From positions 96,001-160,000 of the IMG/VR virus record IMGVR_UViG_3300047494_000112: a DNA stretch of 64,000 bases. The stretch is one strand, 5' to 3'. A program made the position numbers and the translations under genes. Each line of letters starts with the position of its first letter. The stretch's first letter is position 1. Below, in pieces: positions 47,763 to 57,900 of the stretch. Under the pieces are notes generated by a model. That model had not been told where the DNA came from. It did not search any database and was given only the letters and a program-made list of their open reading frames with translations. Source of the DNA: a virus.

Positions 47763-48431
47763 ATGAATGAAAAAACTGAGTCGCCACTAGAAAATAAAGA
47801 TAAACGCCGACAACCTATTGCTTTAAACGTTAGGTGTGGTAGCTGTATCTTTTTTGAGGATCGGGCGCATCAAGCGTTCAAAAAACCTTGCTCAACGTTG
47901 GGAGTAAAAAAGTTTAGTCGGCCCTGCATCAAATTCTTTGCCAACCCTTTTCATTTTCTTCAAGATGATCCTGAGTACAAGCTTGTTAATCGATTATTGG
48001 TAAAATACGGGAAGCAACTGCCTACTTTGGTAGCTTGGTTAAATCAAGAATCCTCCACAAAGAAAACAGGATTTACATTTGGACAGACTGTGTACGTCCG
48101 AATGCTAGGTGATGATTATCTATTAAATTATGCTAAAGCAACAGTAATATCTTCAAGCAAAGAACAGGTTTATGTTCAAGGCAAAAAGTTAGGCAAGGGT
48201 GGCACTTATTTACATGATTCAGTTTTAACTGAAGAGCAATGGAGTCGCAAAAAGAAAAATTTGATAAAGCATAAACGGATACGAGATCCAAAAGAAAAGG
48301 AATACTACAAGATAACAGTCACACCTAAAAAAGCTGTTGATTACGAAATTCCTACAATTGATCAGTTTGCAAAAACAATGAGCAAAGTCAAAGATAAAAA
48401 GACAAATAGTCGAGTCATTATTGTCAAGTGA
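47763..48431 (+). CDS. Hypothetical Cys-motif protein
   Basis: CGSC..C..C N-terminal cluster. Confidence 0.65.
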   Translation: MNEKTESPLENKDKRRQPIALNVRCGSCIFFEDRAHQAFKKPCSTLGVKKFSRPCIKFFANPFHFLQDDPEYKLVNRLLVKYGKQLPTLVAWLNQESSTKKTGFTFGQTVYVRMLGDDYLLNYAKATVISSSKEQVYVQGKKLGKGGTYLHDSVLTEEQWSRKKKNLIKHKRIRDPKEKEYYKITVTPKKAVDYEIPTIDQFAKTMSKVKDKKTNSRVIIVK

Positions 48432-48437
48432 TTTCAT

Positions 48438-49607
48438 TTGCAGGATATTGTTCCTGTAAATCTTCCAAAGAGGGCTCAAGCTTTGACACAGATAAGAGTA
48501 AGCGATAGCACATGGAAACAGCTATCAAAAGACAATGATTCCTCATTGGCAACAGTGTTGCTACAATCAATACCCAATTCAACAAATTTATCTTCTGACG
48601 CAGTTACCGATATAAAAGTTGCAATGCTTGGCTATATAATGCACGTTAACGATTTCAATGATCTAAAGAGGGTAGTTAGATATTGGGATTTAGAGACCAA
48701 TGACAGCTATAAATTACTACATGGAATCTTGGAAAACTTTGAGACAAACTTGGGTCTCAAACAAGCATTGCTAATCTGTTTGAATAAGATGAGAGATAAA
48801 GAACGTATCAACTACACTAGCTTAATGCGAACCTGTGACATTACTGCTGGGAATGAGGTGTGGCTTACAGCTCTAAAAGGAATCAATTTCAAAGGCAACT
48901 TGCTCACAAAGGTAAAAGAAAGACCTTTGTTGATACCTAAACAAGTAAAGCGCAACTGTCAAGAAACGATGAAAAATTTAGAACAGTACGTTACTAGATT
49001 CGTGTATCATTCTCTGCATTTTGTGGTAAAATATAATCAGATGGATCACAAAGACATGATCTCTGATTTGATGCGTAAAGGGGTTGAAACGTATTACCGA
49101 GTTACACCTATGCAGGTTGATTTACATAGAGAAAACAGCGTAAAGCGGTCAATTCATAATCAAGGCATGAAAGAAATTTCCTTTTTTACCAGCAAGAAGC
49201 GTGCTCGCATTGTGAAAACAGGAGAAGGGGAATACGAGACTAAAGAGCAGTCTCTCCACAATAAGGAGGGTTTTATCAATGATTCTAAAATGGGCGATGC
49301 TAATTGGCAATTACCTACTCTAAGATTTGAGACTGAGCGAGTAATGCAGCAATACATTGAAGCTAATCGCAAGCAAGCACATATTGTCCTTAAGCTAATG
49401 TTTAAGGACAATGATGCGTATTTTGAAAAATACGTTCGTACTAAAATGAGAGCTAGTGAAGATCACAGCATAGAAAATCTAGCAGCTAGTCGTCCTAAAA
49501 ACTACACAAAATTTATTGCCGACTATCACGATATTCCAGAACTTACAGTTCGTAGAATTGCCTATGAGCTACTAAGAGCCTTTAACGGCGAACAAACAAC
49601 CTCTTAA
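48438..49607 (+). CDS. Hypothetical protein, possible second sigma-like factor
   Basis: YVTRFVY..DHKDMISDLMRKGVETYY..VKRSIHNQGMKEI loosely follows sigma region 2 spacing. Confidence 0.3.
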   Translation: MQDIVPVNLPKRAQALTQIRVSDSTWKQLSKDNDSSLATVLLQSIPNSTNLSSDAVTDIKVAMLGYIMHVNDFNDLKRVVRYWDLETNDSYKLLHGILENFETNLGLKQALLICLNKMRDKERINYTSLMRTCDITAGNEVWLTALKGINFKGNLLTKVKERPLLIPKQVKRNCQETMKNLEQYVTRFVYHSLHFVVKYNQMDHKDMISDLMRKGVETYYRVTPMQVDLHRENSVKRSIHNQGMKEISFFTSKKRARIVKTGEGEYETKEQSLHNKEGFINDSKMGDANWQLPTLRFETERVMQQYIEANRKQAHIVLKLMFKDNDAYFEKYVRTKMRASEDHSIENLAASRPKNYTKFIADYHDIPELTVRRIAYELLRAFNGEQTTS

Positions 49608-49633
49608 CTCACTCACAAAAGGACAAAAAGTAA

Positions 49634-50341
49634 ATGGCAAAGATTGCTTGCAAACACACTGGGCATGTTTTCTATACTACCTCTGATCTAAAAATTGTGC
49701 CACTGGTTTCATTTAGTTTGATCTCGGTGCTATCACCAGCTCTACCTTCTTCCGAAGAAGGCCGTACGGCATTTCAGATCACTGAGCGTGTCGAAGCCAA
49801 AGTGTTGGCGCAGTTTAACTCGAATAGTTTCATGCTATCAAGTGCAAAAAAGACAAAGAAACGTGTCAAGAATGAGGATGATAACGAAGCTGAAGACGAG
49901 GAAATGCACATTCCTTCTTTGGGTCAATACAGCGAAATTATTCACGAAGCAACAGTAGATTCGTTTTCTGAAATTAATGCTGTTGGCGTTGAGAGTAGCC
50001 AAGTGTACGCTATGATGGGCGACAAAAACAAGAAGAAGCTTCAAATGCGTTTACGCAACCTAATCAGCGCTGTTGCTGAAAAAGAAGCAATTGCAACAAA
50101 TGCTGAATTGCTTGCTGACAACACAACACTAGCAGCAGCTGAGGCAAAGATTGACGAGCTTTCTTTTAAGATTAATCGTCTCCTGTTGGCGTATTCGACA
50201 AAGCCTTTCATCGCATTAAAGCCTCTTGGTGAAGCGGTAGACGAGTATGCTACAAAGTACGGCGTTTCAGATGAGGACAAAGCCAAATTGTCTAGTTCTC
50301 TACTCAAACAGTATCATGATGGCTTTTCTGTAACAGGCTAA
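49634..50341 (+). CDS. Hypothetical protein
   Basis: AGGA SD; 235 aa. Confidence 0.7.
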   Translation: MAKIACKHTGHVFYTTSDLKIVPLVSFSLISVLSPALPSSEEGRTAFQITERVEAKVLAQFNSNSFMLSSAKKTKKRVKNEDDNEAEDEEMHIPSLGQYSEIIHEATVDSFSEINAVGVESSQVYAMMGDKNKKKLQMRLRNLISAVAEKEAIATNAELLADNTTLAAAEAKIDELSFKINRLLLAYSTKPFIALKPLGEAVDEYATKYGVSDEDKAKLSSSLLKQYHDGFSVTG

Positions 50342-50360
50342 TACGCTAAAATTAGGCATG

Positions 50361-50393
50361 AGGCCCATTGGCGAAAGCTAGTGGGCCTTTTTT
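50361..50393 (+). terminator. Rho-independent terminator
   Basis: AGGCCCATTGGC-GAAA-GCTAGTGGGCCT plus T run. Confidence 0.85.
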
Positions 50394-50617
50394 CATATCA
50401 GAACTTGCTCGGATTCTTTTACTATGTGGATAGCAAAGCAAAATGCCTACAAACACCCAGGATTTGTACAGTTTATCTGTATTGTAGTTTGTAGTAATAA
50501 CAAAAATCCACTGTTTCCTATTAAATCCAAAGAGTTGTAGGTATAGAGTTGAGTCAATCCAATGGATTTTGCATACCTGCTATGCAGTAAAAGATGGTAA
50601 AATGTAGTCAGATGCCA

Positions 50618-50677
50618 TTTACAGACCTCTCCTAGTCGTGTAAAATTGGGACACGTTCACCATGCGCGGATTTCAGC
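50618..50677 (+). promoter_or_regulatory. Sigma70-type promoter with 34-bp leader repeat (copy 2)
   Basis: TTTACA-17 bp-TAAAAT; 50644..50677 identical to 26694..26727. Confidence 0.7.
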
Positions 50678-50725
50678 AGGTGAACGTTTCACTCAAAACA
50701 ACTGATATGGAATGGAGATACTGAC

Positions 50726-52894
50726 ATGACGACACTTACCAACAAAAACATTGCCACCGTGCTGCCCGCTTTCATGGCGCAGGCTGATCAGCTTGGCTTG
50801 AAGCGCATGAAGGTCGAAAAGGCACATGTCATCGGCCCTGTGTTTCATGCTGGTCCCAAGGTGGCTGTGTACTTTACGCGCCGTGAAGGCGAGGAATTGG
50901 CACTGAACCTGATGTTCAGGGGCCGAGTGGTTCGGCAGTACAGCGGCAAGCTGAATGACGAAAAGGTTGCAAAGAAGCTCGCTCGGTGGGGCCGCCGCGC
51001 CGCTTTCAGCAAGGCCAACTAATCGGCACAAAGTGGGACACTTCAAGTGTCCCACTTTTCCTTCCCTCATGATAACGGAGAATAGGCATGTATCCTTATG
51101 TTCACTCAGGCCGCAAGTCGCCTTATCAGCTTCGGAAAGAACTGGCGGCTGCGCTGAAAGCTGAGAAAAAAGCTGAGGCTGCCTCAGCACGAGGCAAGTG
51201 GCGAATAATTTTTGGCCAAACTTACTGTCGCGTGTTCAGTAACGTGCTGAAAAACGGTCAACAGCGTGTCAAGTTGTACGGCCACGTTCGCCTTACACCT
51301 AAACAGGTCAAAAAGAAGCTGGAGGGCGCGGGCTACATTGTAGCTAAATGTGAAAATACTTTTGGCGGCTCGGTTACCGCCTACGTACAACCAAGAGCGG
51401 GAGAATAAGCATGTCAAAAATTAAAGCAATTTATGGCTGCGTGATCGTAAAAGGCAAAGAATACTCGGATGATGAAATCCGAAAGCTTGTCGGAAAAAAT
51501 GTAAAGGGCTGGCGTTACGGCGGCGATCAGTCAAACGAGGAAAGTAATATCTGCATCGTATTTAAATCCGGTGACAGTATCGAATATGGCTGGCCGGATT
51601 CAAATGCACTTGAGGAATGTTTGGCCTGTATTGAAAGGTTCGATCCTTCCCCTTTTGCAAAGGCAACGCAAATCCTGTCCGAAAAGAATTTTGCAAAGTT
51701 GCTGCCTAACTTTGCAGCTAAGCTGAAAGAGCTTGGCTTCCGGCAGCAGGCGGACAAGTCATCCATACTGAATTTCTACCACAAGAACCCCAGCGTGTGC
51801 TTTACGTTTGAGCGCATTGACGGTCAATTGCGTTTCATGTGTTACGGCAATATTCTCTGTGCCGGCCCGATGACCGAACAGCAGCTACTTAACGCGCTGG
51901 AAAAGTTTACTCGGGCGCGTAAGCCAATGAAAGCGCTGAAGCACAAAGAGGCAACACAGGAGGAATTGGAGGAAGCTTTCAACCTGGTGAAAAACAATAA
52001 GCATTGGAAAAATCCAATCAACAAAACGATCAAGGACCCTGGCCGCGAAATGCAAGGCTTGATTGTTGAGGCAGTGGCACATTATACTGGCTCTTTTCCC
52101 GAAATCAGCACGTTGCCTGGCGGCAAAATTAACGTGCGTGCCGCCGGCTACTATTCAACAATAGGAGCGTAGTAGTGTCCTGCAAACAAAGGCTACTTGC
52201 AACCGTGTTGTTGCCTTCAGCATTGGCTGCTTGGGGATACGTTGCCTACATGTTTTGGACAATTATTAACTAAAGGGATTAAGGCAATCATGAAAGAAAC
52301 GCTAAAGTCTTTTAATTCTTGGCTGGCCGATGAGAAAGCCAAAGAAAGTTCACTCTATGATTGTTGGGAAACAACTTGTAACACCTTTGGCGAACAAAAG
52401 GCTCGATACTTTTTATCGACGATAGACTTTCCTGTCCTTCACACACACCAGGTTTGGTGTGAGGTGTTGACACAGATAATGATTGATTGTGTGCATGATT
52501 TTCAGGACAACAAAAGAACAAAACAGTCAATTGTTCCGGCAAAATCAAACGTTGTCCCTTTCAAGCCAAAAATTTGAAACTAATGCCTACCGGGCGAGAT
52601 TGTAAATTGGTCTCGCTAGGCAGACAATAGTTGTCTGGATTCAAAGGAGAAATTCAAATGGCTCAACGTTGCAATTTTCCCGGCCGTCGTCGCATTCGTC
52701 AACAAAGTGCCATTGCGCGCAAAGAGGCGCAGCTGAAAACCTATCAAATCTTTTTGGAAGCTGAGATTGCCGATATCAAGGCAGGAAAAGGAGTTAAGCA
52801 TCTTCACGAGGAATCGCGCGATGCGTTAATATCAACCATTAGCAAAACAATTGCCGACATTGGCTTTTCAAAAGCCAAACTAACCGCAGTCTAA
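50726..52894 (+). other. Early-type hypothetical CDS: 50726..51022, 51088..51408, 51411..52172, 52290..52577, 52658..52894
   Basis: Strong SDs (GGAG); visibly GC-richer codon use. Confidence 0.65.
51030..51060 (+). terminator. 13-bp perfect stem terminator
   Basis: AAAGTGGGACACT-TCA-AGTGTCCCACTTT then TC. Confidence 0.65.
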
Positions 52895-52902
52895 AAAACT
52901 GT

Positions 52903-53796
52903 ATGTACTATCATGTTACCTCAAAGTATTATGGGCCTGAGGTAACTTTTACACCTCGAGTCCCAACAGGTTCTGATCCTGATTTAGAGGATAGGAAAAC
53001 GCCACGCATTTGTTTTGCACCTACTGTCAAACAGTGCTTAATGGGCGCAGTAGGCCATCCAAATTGGCAAGTTGCTTGGACCGACATGTGTGGCTTGAGG
53101 AGTCAACGTCAAGTATTCCTGTACTCAATACCGGGCAATAGCAAGGTGTACAGGCCAACAAAAAGAAAAGTGTTCGATGTCGATAGAACAGGGGAGGTGT
53201 GGCGTCTAGTAAGTACAAAGCTAACCTTGGTAGGCGAGATCGTCTGCCAGGACGGAGATCTTAAAATTATCAAACAAAAGGAACATACAATGCGTGTAGC
53301 AGACAAAATTGCAGCCAAAAAGGCTCAGGCGAAAAGCAACAAGGCTCCAGCCAAGGTCGCCAAGCCAGCCAAACCGGCTGCCAAAGGCAAGCCTGCCAAG
53401 GTCGTCAAGAAAAAGCGGGCAGCAAAGCCCGCGATCGTGTACACTCCGATAAAGGAGGAAATGAACAAGTCGGCGTTGCTCAATTATCTTTCCGAGGAAA
53501 CGGAGGTTGAGCTGAAAGCTGTCAAGGCGATCATGCTAAAACTGGAAGAGACAATTTGCGGCTCGTTGGCGCCAAAGGGCGTGGGCGTGTTTACGCTGCC
53601 TGGCGTGTGCAAGTTTGTCACCAAGAAAATTCCGGCCAAAAAGGTACCGGCTCGCAAGGCAGGCACAATGGTTCGGAACCCGCGCACCGGCGAGGAATCT
53701 CCCGCTGAGGCACGTGCTGCCTACACCAAGCCTGCAACGGTAAAGGTTAAAGTTAAGGCGCTGACCAAGCCACGCAAGGCAGCCATTCCTGCATAG
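52903..53796 (+). CDS. ADP-ribosyltransferase-like domain in frame with an HU-like DNA-binding protein
   Basis: N-terminal YHVT..RICFAPTVKQCL..TGEVW; from ATG 53290 (AAGGA SD) a K/A/P-rich tail plus HU core MNKSALLNYL..FTLPGVCKF..VRNPRTGE..KVKVKAL; no stop between them. Confidence 0.6.
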   Translation: MYYHVTSKYYGPEVTFTPRVPTGSDPDLEDRKTPRICFAPTVKQCLMGAVGHPNWQVAWTDMCGLRSQRQVFLYSIPGNSKVYRPTKRKVFDVDRTGEVWRLVSTKLTLVGEIVCQDGDLKIIKQKEHTMRVADKIAAKKAQAKSNKAPAKVAKPAKPAAKGKPAKVVKKKRAAKPAIVYTPIKEEMNKSALLNYLSEETEVELKAVKAIMLKLEETICGSLAPKGVGVFTLPGVCKFVTKKIPAKKVPARKAGTMVRNPRTGEESPAEARAAYTKPATVKVKVKALTKPRKAAIPA

Positions 53797-53808
53797 TTAG
53801 GAGAAAGC

Positions 53809-54375
53809 ATGACTGACTACAACAAATTGGTGGGCTATGACGTGTACGCAGGTATTCGTGATAGCTCAGCGCTGGAAAAGGTTGGCGAGTGGTGTGCCAC
53901 ATATCATAAAGGAGTGATATGTGGCAGCGCGGCGGTTGCTATCCACTTGGGCAAGGAAGTCAGGCCAGTTACTCCTGATTTAGACGTGTTGATCAGCCGT
54001 GATGAATCTACCATTGCAAGTGTTTTGGCGGCTTTTGGCAAAAAGGGACTGGCTAAAAACCGGTTTGGATTTTCCAATGTTGTCGATAACATGGATACTG
54101 ATTGGTTGATTGCTAAGGACCGCTGGCAGGTTGCGGCAATTACAAAGCCTGTAATGTGGAAAGGCTTGGCTGTAATGGCTCTGCCTTTTCTGATAATTAG
54201 CAAGTTGGTCAGCGGTAGAGATAAAGACGCAAATGACCTTCAGCTGATTTTCAATCACAAGGGTCAGTCATACTTTGACAAATCTATAATGTTTATGCGT
54301 CAACTGGGAATGGATAAGGAAATTGAGGACTTGCAGTCTGATATGCACATTTTCAAACTGGTGAAACCTGATTAG
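53809..54375 (+). CDS. Pol-beta-superfamily nucleotidyltransferase (AbiEii/DUF6036-like)
   Basis: CGSAAVAIH..RPVTPDLDVLI (GS...DxD) and KLVSGRDKDANDL. Confidence 0.6.
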   Translation: MTDYNKLVGYDVYAGIRDSSALEKVGEWCATYHKGVICGSAAVAIHLGKEVRPVTPDLDVLISRDESTIASVLAAFGKKGLAKNRFGFSNVVDNMDTDWLIAKDRWQVAAITKPVMWKGLAVMALPFLIISKLVSGRDKDANDLQLIFNHKGQSYFDKSIMFMRQLGMDKEIEDLQSDMHIFKLVKPD

Positions 54376-54562
54376 GAGGTTACATGTCACCTGACGAAAG
54401 CAACTACAAAGCCACGGAAACAGTTACTTTGACACCTTACGAGGTTCAGATGATCATGACCATGGCTGAATATTATGTTGACTGTGAAGCTGAGGCACAT
54501 GAATTGGGTTGTATTCAATCTGTGCTGAACAAGATGAAGGGGTGCAAGCAACCCGCATTTAG

Positions 54563-54623
54563 CTAATACGAAACCAGAGCCCAGGGATAACACCAATAAT
54601 CCTGGGCTCGCGCTTCGCATTGG
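54563..54623 (+). promoter_or_regulatory. Conserved intergenic hairpin motif, copy 1 (RNase III-site-like)
   Basis: CTAATACGAAAC-[GAGCCCAGG/CCTGGGCTC stem]-GCTTCGCATTGG. Confidence 0.6.
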
Positions 54624-54851
54624 GCGAAGATACTAGCATAGAATATCTATAGCAAAAGGAAAAACACATGCCGAAAGAGCTGACTGTCGATGAAATGATC
54701 GATCAAGCCGAAAAAGTGTTGGCTGAAAATGGGAGGACGCCGCCATCTCCGTCCACAATGTTCATTGCTTTTGACTACGCGGATGCAATGGAGGACTGTG
54801 TCGATGATGGCTACGATTACAGCGTAAAGTATCTGATGTAACTATTCACTG

Positions 54852-54888
54852 GGTGAGGATCAACTGTTGATCCTCACCTTTCTTTTCA
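54852..54888 (+). terminator. Rho-independent terminator
   Basis: GGTGAGGATCAA-CTG-TTGATCCTCACC then TTTCTTTT. Confidence 0.8.
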
Positions 54889-54907
54889 TCATTCTCAGGA
54901 GAGAATA

Positions 54908-57900
54908 ATGAGTAAAGTATTTTTAATCTTTGTGGCTTGCGTTCTCTTGTTCGCTTTTATCTTTGTGACCTGGACACAGGATGAGCTGGGCTACGTGCTA
55001 ACTTTGATCAAAGGGCATACTGTACATGTTCCCTTCTTGATCGCTCTTATTTGTAATCTGTTCCTAAACGTTGCAACCTTTTGGTTTGACGTTGTAGTCT
55101 GGGCTCTGCGTGTTTGCTCTATTATCTAAGAAAGGATAATTGATGACAATTTCAAATTGGAGTTTATGCGCCGCAGCAATTGGCGCATTGATTATAGTTG
55201 GCATACTGCTGTTCTGGTATGCTTTGTGGGTATATGCGGTAACTGTAGATAATTAGGAGGATGGATACCAATGAATATTTGGGCAATACTACTGATCGCA
55301 TATGCGTTGCTTGATGTAATCGGCTACGTTTACATACGGCACAATTATGTCCTCACGCGCCTTGATGCAAAGCTGCAGCGTGAGATTCAAACCGAGATTG
55401 GTAGGAGATAAGATGCCAGATAAAAAATGTTCCACATTGAGACAGCTCGGTTAGTATCAACTACTACCAAGGAGTAAGGTCATGGCCAATATAGTCAACA
55501 TTAACGCCAAGGTTAACGACAAGGGCAAGCTGGTCCTTTTCATTGACCCAAAACAAAACGGTGAATTGTCAGGGACCGGCAAGTCCTTTGTCATTGCCTC
55601 AGCCAGGTGGTATGACTTGTCTGACCTACCTGGCTGTGAAGGCTTGGCTATAAATTGCCAAGTGATCCGCAAACTTGCAAAAAAGAAAGTCAAAAAAGTT
55701 GAACCTGATGACGACGATGATACGGACGAAGGTCCGGTTGAAACCAAGACCAAAAACAAAGGCAAAAAGCCCAAATTGAATCGTGACAAGGATGGCAAAG
55801 TGAAGCCAATTGCGACTAGCACGCGCGTTGCAGATAAGCTTCGCGTCAAACGATCCAAGTAGGAGAACATTATGAGTGTAGTTCGCGTTGAAATGGTCCA
55901 TCGGGTTATAGCTGAAATTAAAGATGTGGCCTTAAAGGTGACCAAGCTGACAAATGGTGTTGAGATTTTTATGGAAGGAGGCAATTACAGCGGTGATAGC
56001 ATAATTTTAGACAACAAGCAATTTGCCGGCTTGCTAAATGAGCTGCAACTTATGCTAGTTGATGGCGTTCTGCCTATCAAAACAGAAGTGATGCAGCTAT
56101 CACCGTCGGTTCGCAATGATGAGGATTTATCAATCTCATTAAAGCTTGCAAAGCAAGCAGAACCTGAAAATAAGCCAAAGAAGAGAATTGAACCTCGCGG
56201 ACCAAACGCAAGGCCGACCAAAAAGAAGCCAGGTTTCAAACGGCTGAATACAAAGCAACAGGTTAACTCACATACAAAGTGGTCGGAAGAGGAGAAAAAA
56301 GAAGTTGCAGAGTTCCTTAATAATAAAGGGACATGGTTGGCAGCATCCAAAAAGTATGGCCGCACAGTCAAAGCGATCGTAGTTGCGGCACAACTAAAAC
56401 GTCTTCCCAACGTTGACTACCGAGCAGTTTGTTTGACTGCTGGCTCACCCCAATAACAGGAGATTAGCATGACCGACACAGCCAACATTGCAAATATCGC
56501 CAACACGGTAACGTCAACCATCACAGCTTTGGCAACCAAGGCCGGGGCAGCAATTTCAGCCTACGGCCCACAAACCGTTGACTTTGCCGCTCACTATCTA
56601 CACGTCATTGCTCTGATCACGGCTGCCACCGATATCCTTGGTCTAGTCTCTGTCCCAATTTTGGGATATATAGCCTACCGATTCTGTAAATATTTTATCA
56701 TCAAGGTAATTGACGGCGGCGATGGCCCAGAATGGCTGATACCTATTGTTGTTGGGATGTTCACCGCATTTTATATTATCATCGCAAGCTTTACTTGTCT
56801 AGAAAGCCTACTTTCAACCCAAGAGCTTTTGGGTCTTTTTGCACCAAAAATTGCAGTTGTGCAATACGCGCTAAATGCGGTTACACCCAATACTGGTAAT
56901 AGCAACTAATCAAAGGAGAGGCGAATGTATTATGTCGTGTTTGAGGGAAACGGCAAAACCCTGTATCGGACAAAGTTGGGAGACTGGACACAGATCAAGA
57001 ACGTTGCGTTTCCTCACAAGTGCAAGGCTCGAGCCTTAAACGTTGCCAGTCAGGCGCATGATGCCTATATGAAAAAATTCAAAACCGCGAATGGGATTCG
57101 CTTTCTTGTAAAGGAGTAAGGTTATGGAAAAGATAATGGTTCGGCCACCTGGCGCTTTAAACCTGGCTGATTTGCAGGATTTGCTTGCTCTGGCAAAAAT
57201 GGAAAAGGTCATCCTGTATAAGGTTTATGGCCTTGGCAAGGCGTCAAGTATAGGTATAATTGAACTAGACGAAAGATCTCTGATCAAGGAGCACAAGTAC
57301 GATTCTGGAGACTCAAGCCAGTTTCTACATTACTATCGCACCAACAGCTTTACATCTATAGATTTTTCTACAAGCGCTAGCATTGTTGATGCCAATGTGA
57401 TTGAAAATGGCTACAATGATCACTACTGGTTCAGCAATAAGCTGATTGCAGAGAGATATCTCAATCTTTGCCGAAACTCGGCTCGACTAGAGTGTAATAC
57501 CCAGCGTCACTGGGAGGACTGTCGTCGCTGGGAAGATTCATTTGATGACAATTGGGAGGATTATGAGGATTAAAAGGTGCCCAAGCTAGTTGAAAACTCA
57601 GATTACAGGTTAACGATCTACAATCGGTATGGGCCAAAAACTAGACAAGAGTTGTATCAAGTAAAAGGCAGAAATTATTTTCGTATTAGCGAGATGACAA
57701 AGCCTGGACTGATACGGTGTTTGGCGCATCTGTCAGAAAAGACCCGAAGGCAATACCTGACTGACATTTGCCGAGAACTTCGAGTACGCCAAATACTTGG
57801 CAAAAACGGTGTCACGTACTATTTTCTATCAAAGAAGAGGAAAAAGCAATGATTAATAATCAACAAGCTTCTGAAAACATACTTGCCTACTTGAATGAAG

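Noticed and set aside
54563-54660. Hammerhead ribozyme (CGAAAC core)
   Set aside because: No CTGANGA segment near either copy of the motif.
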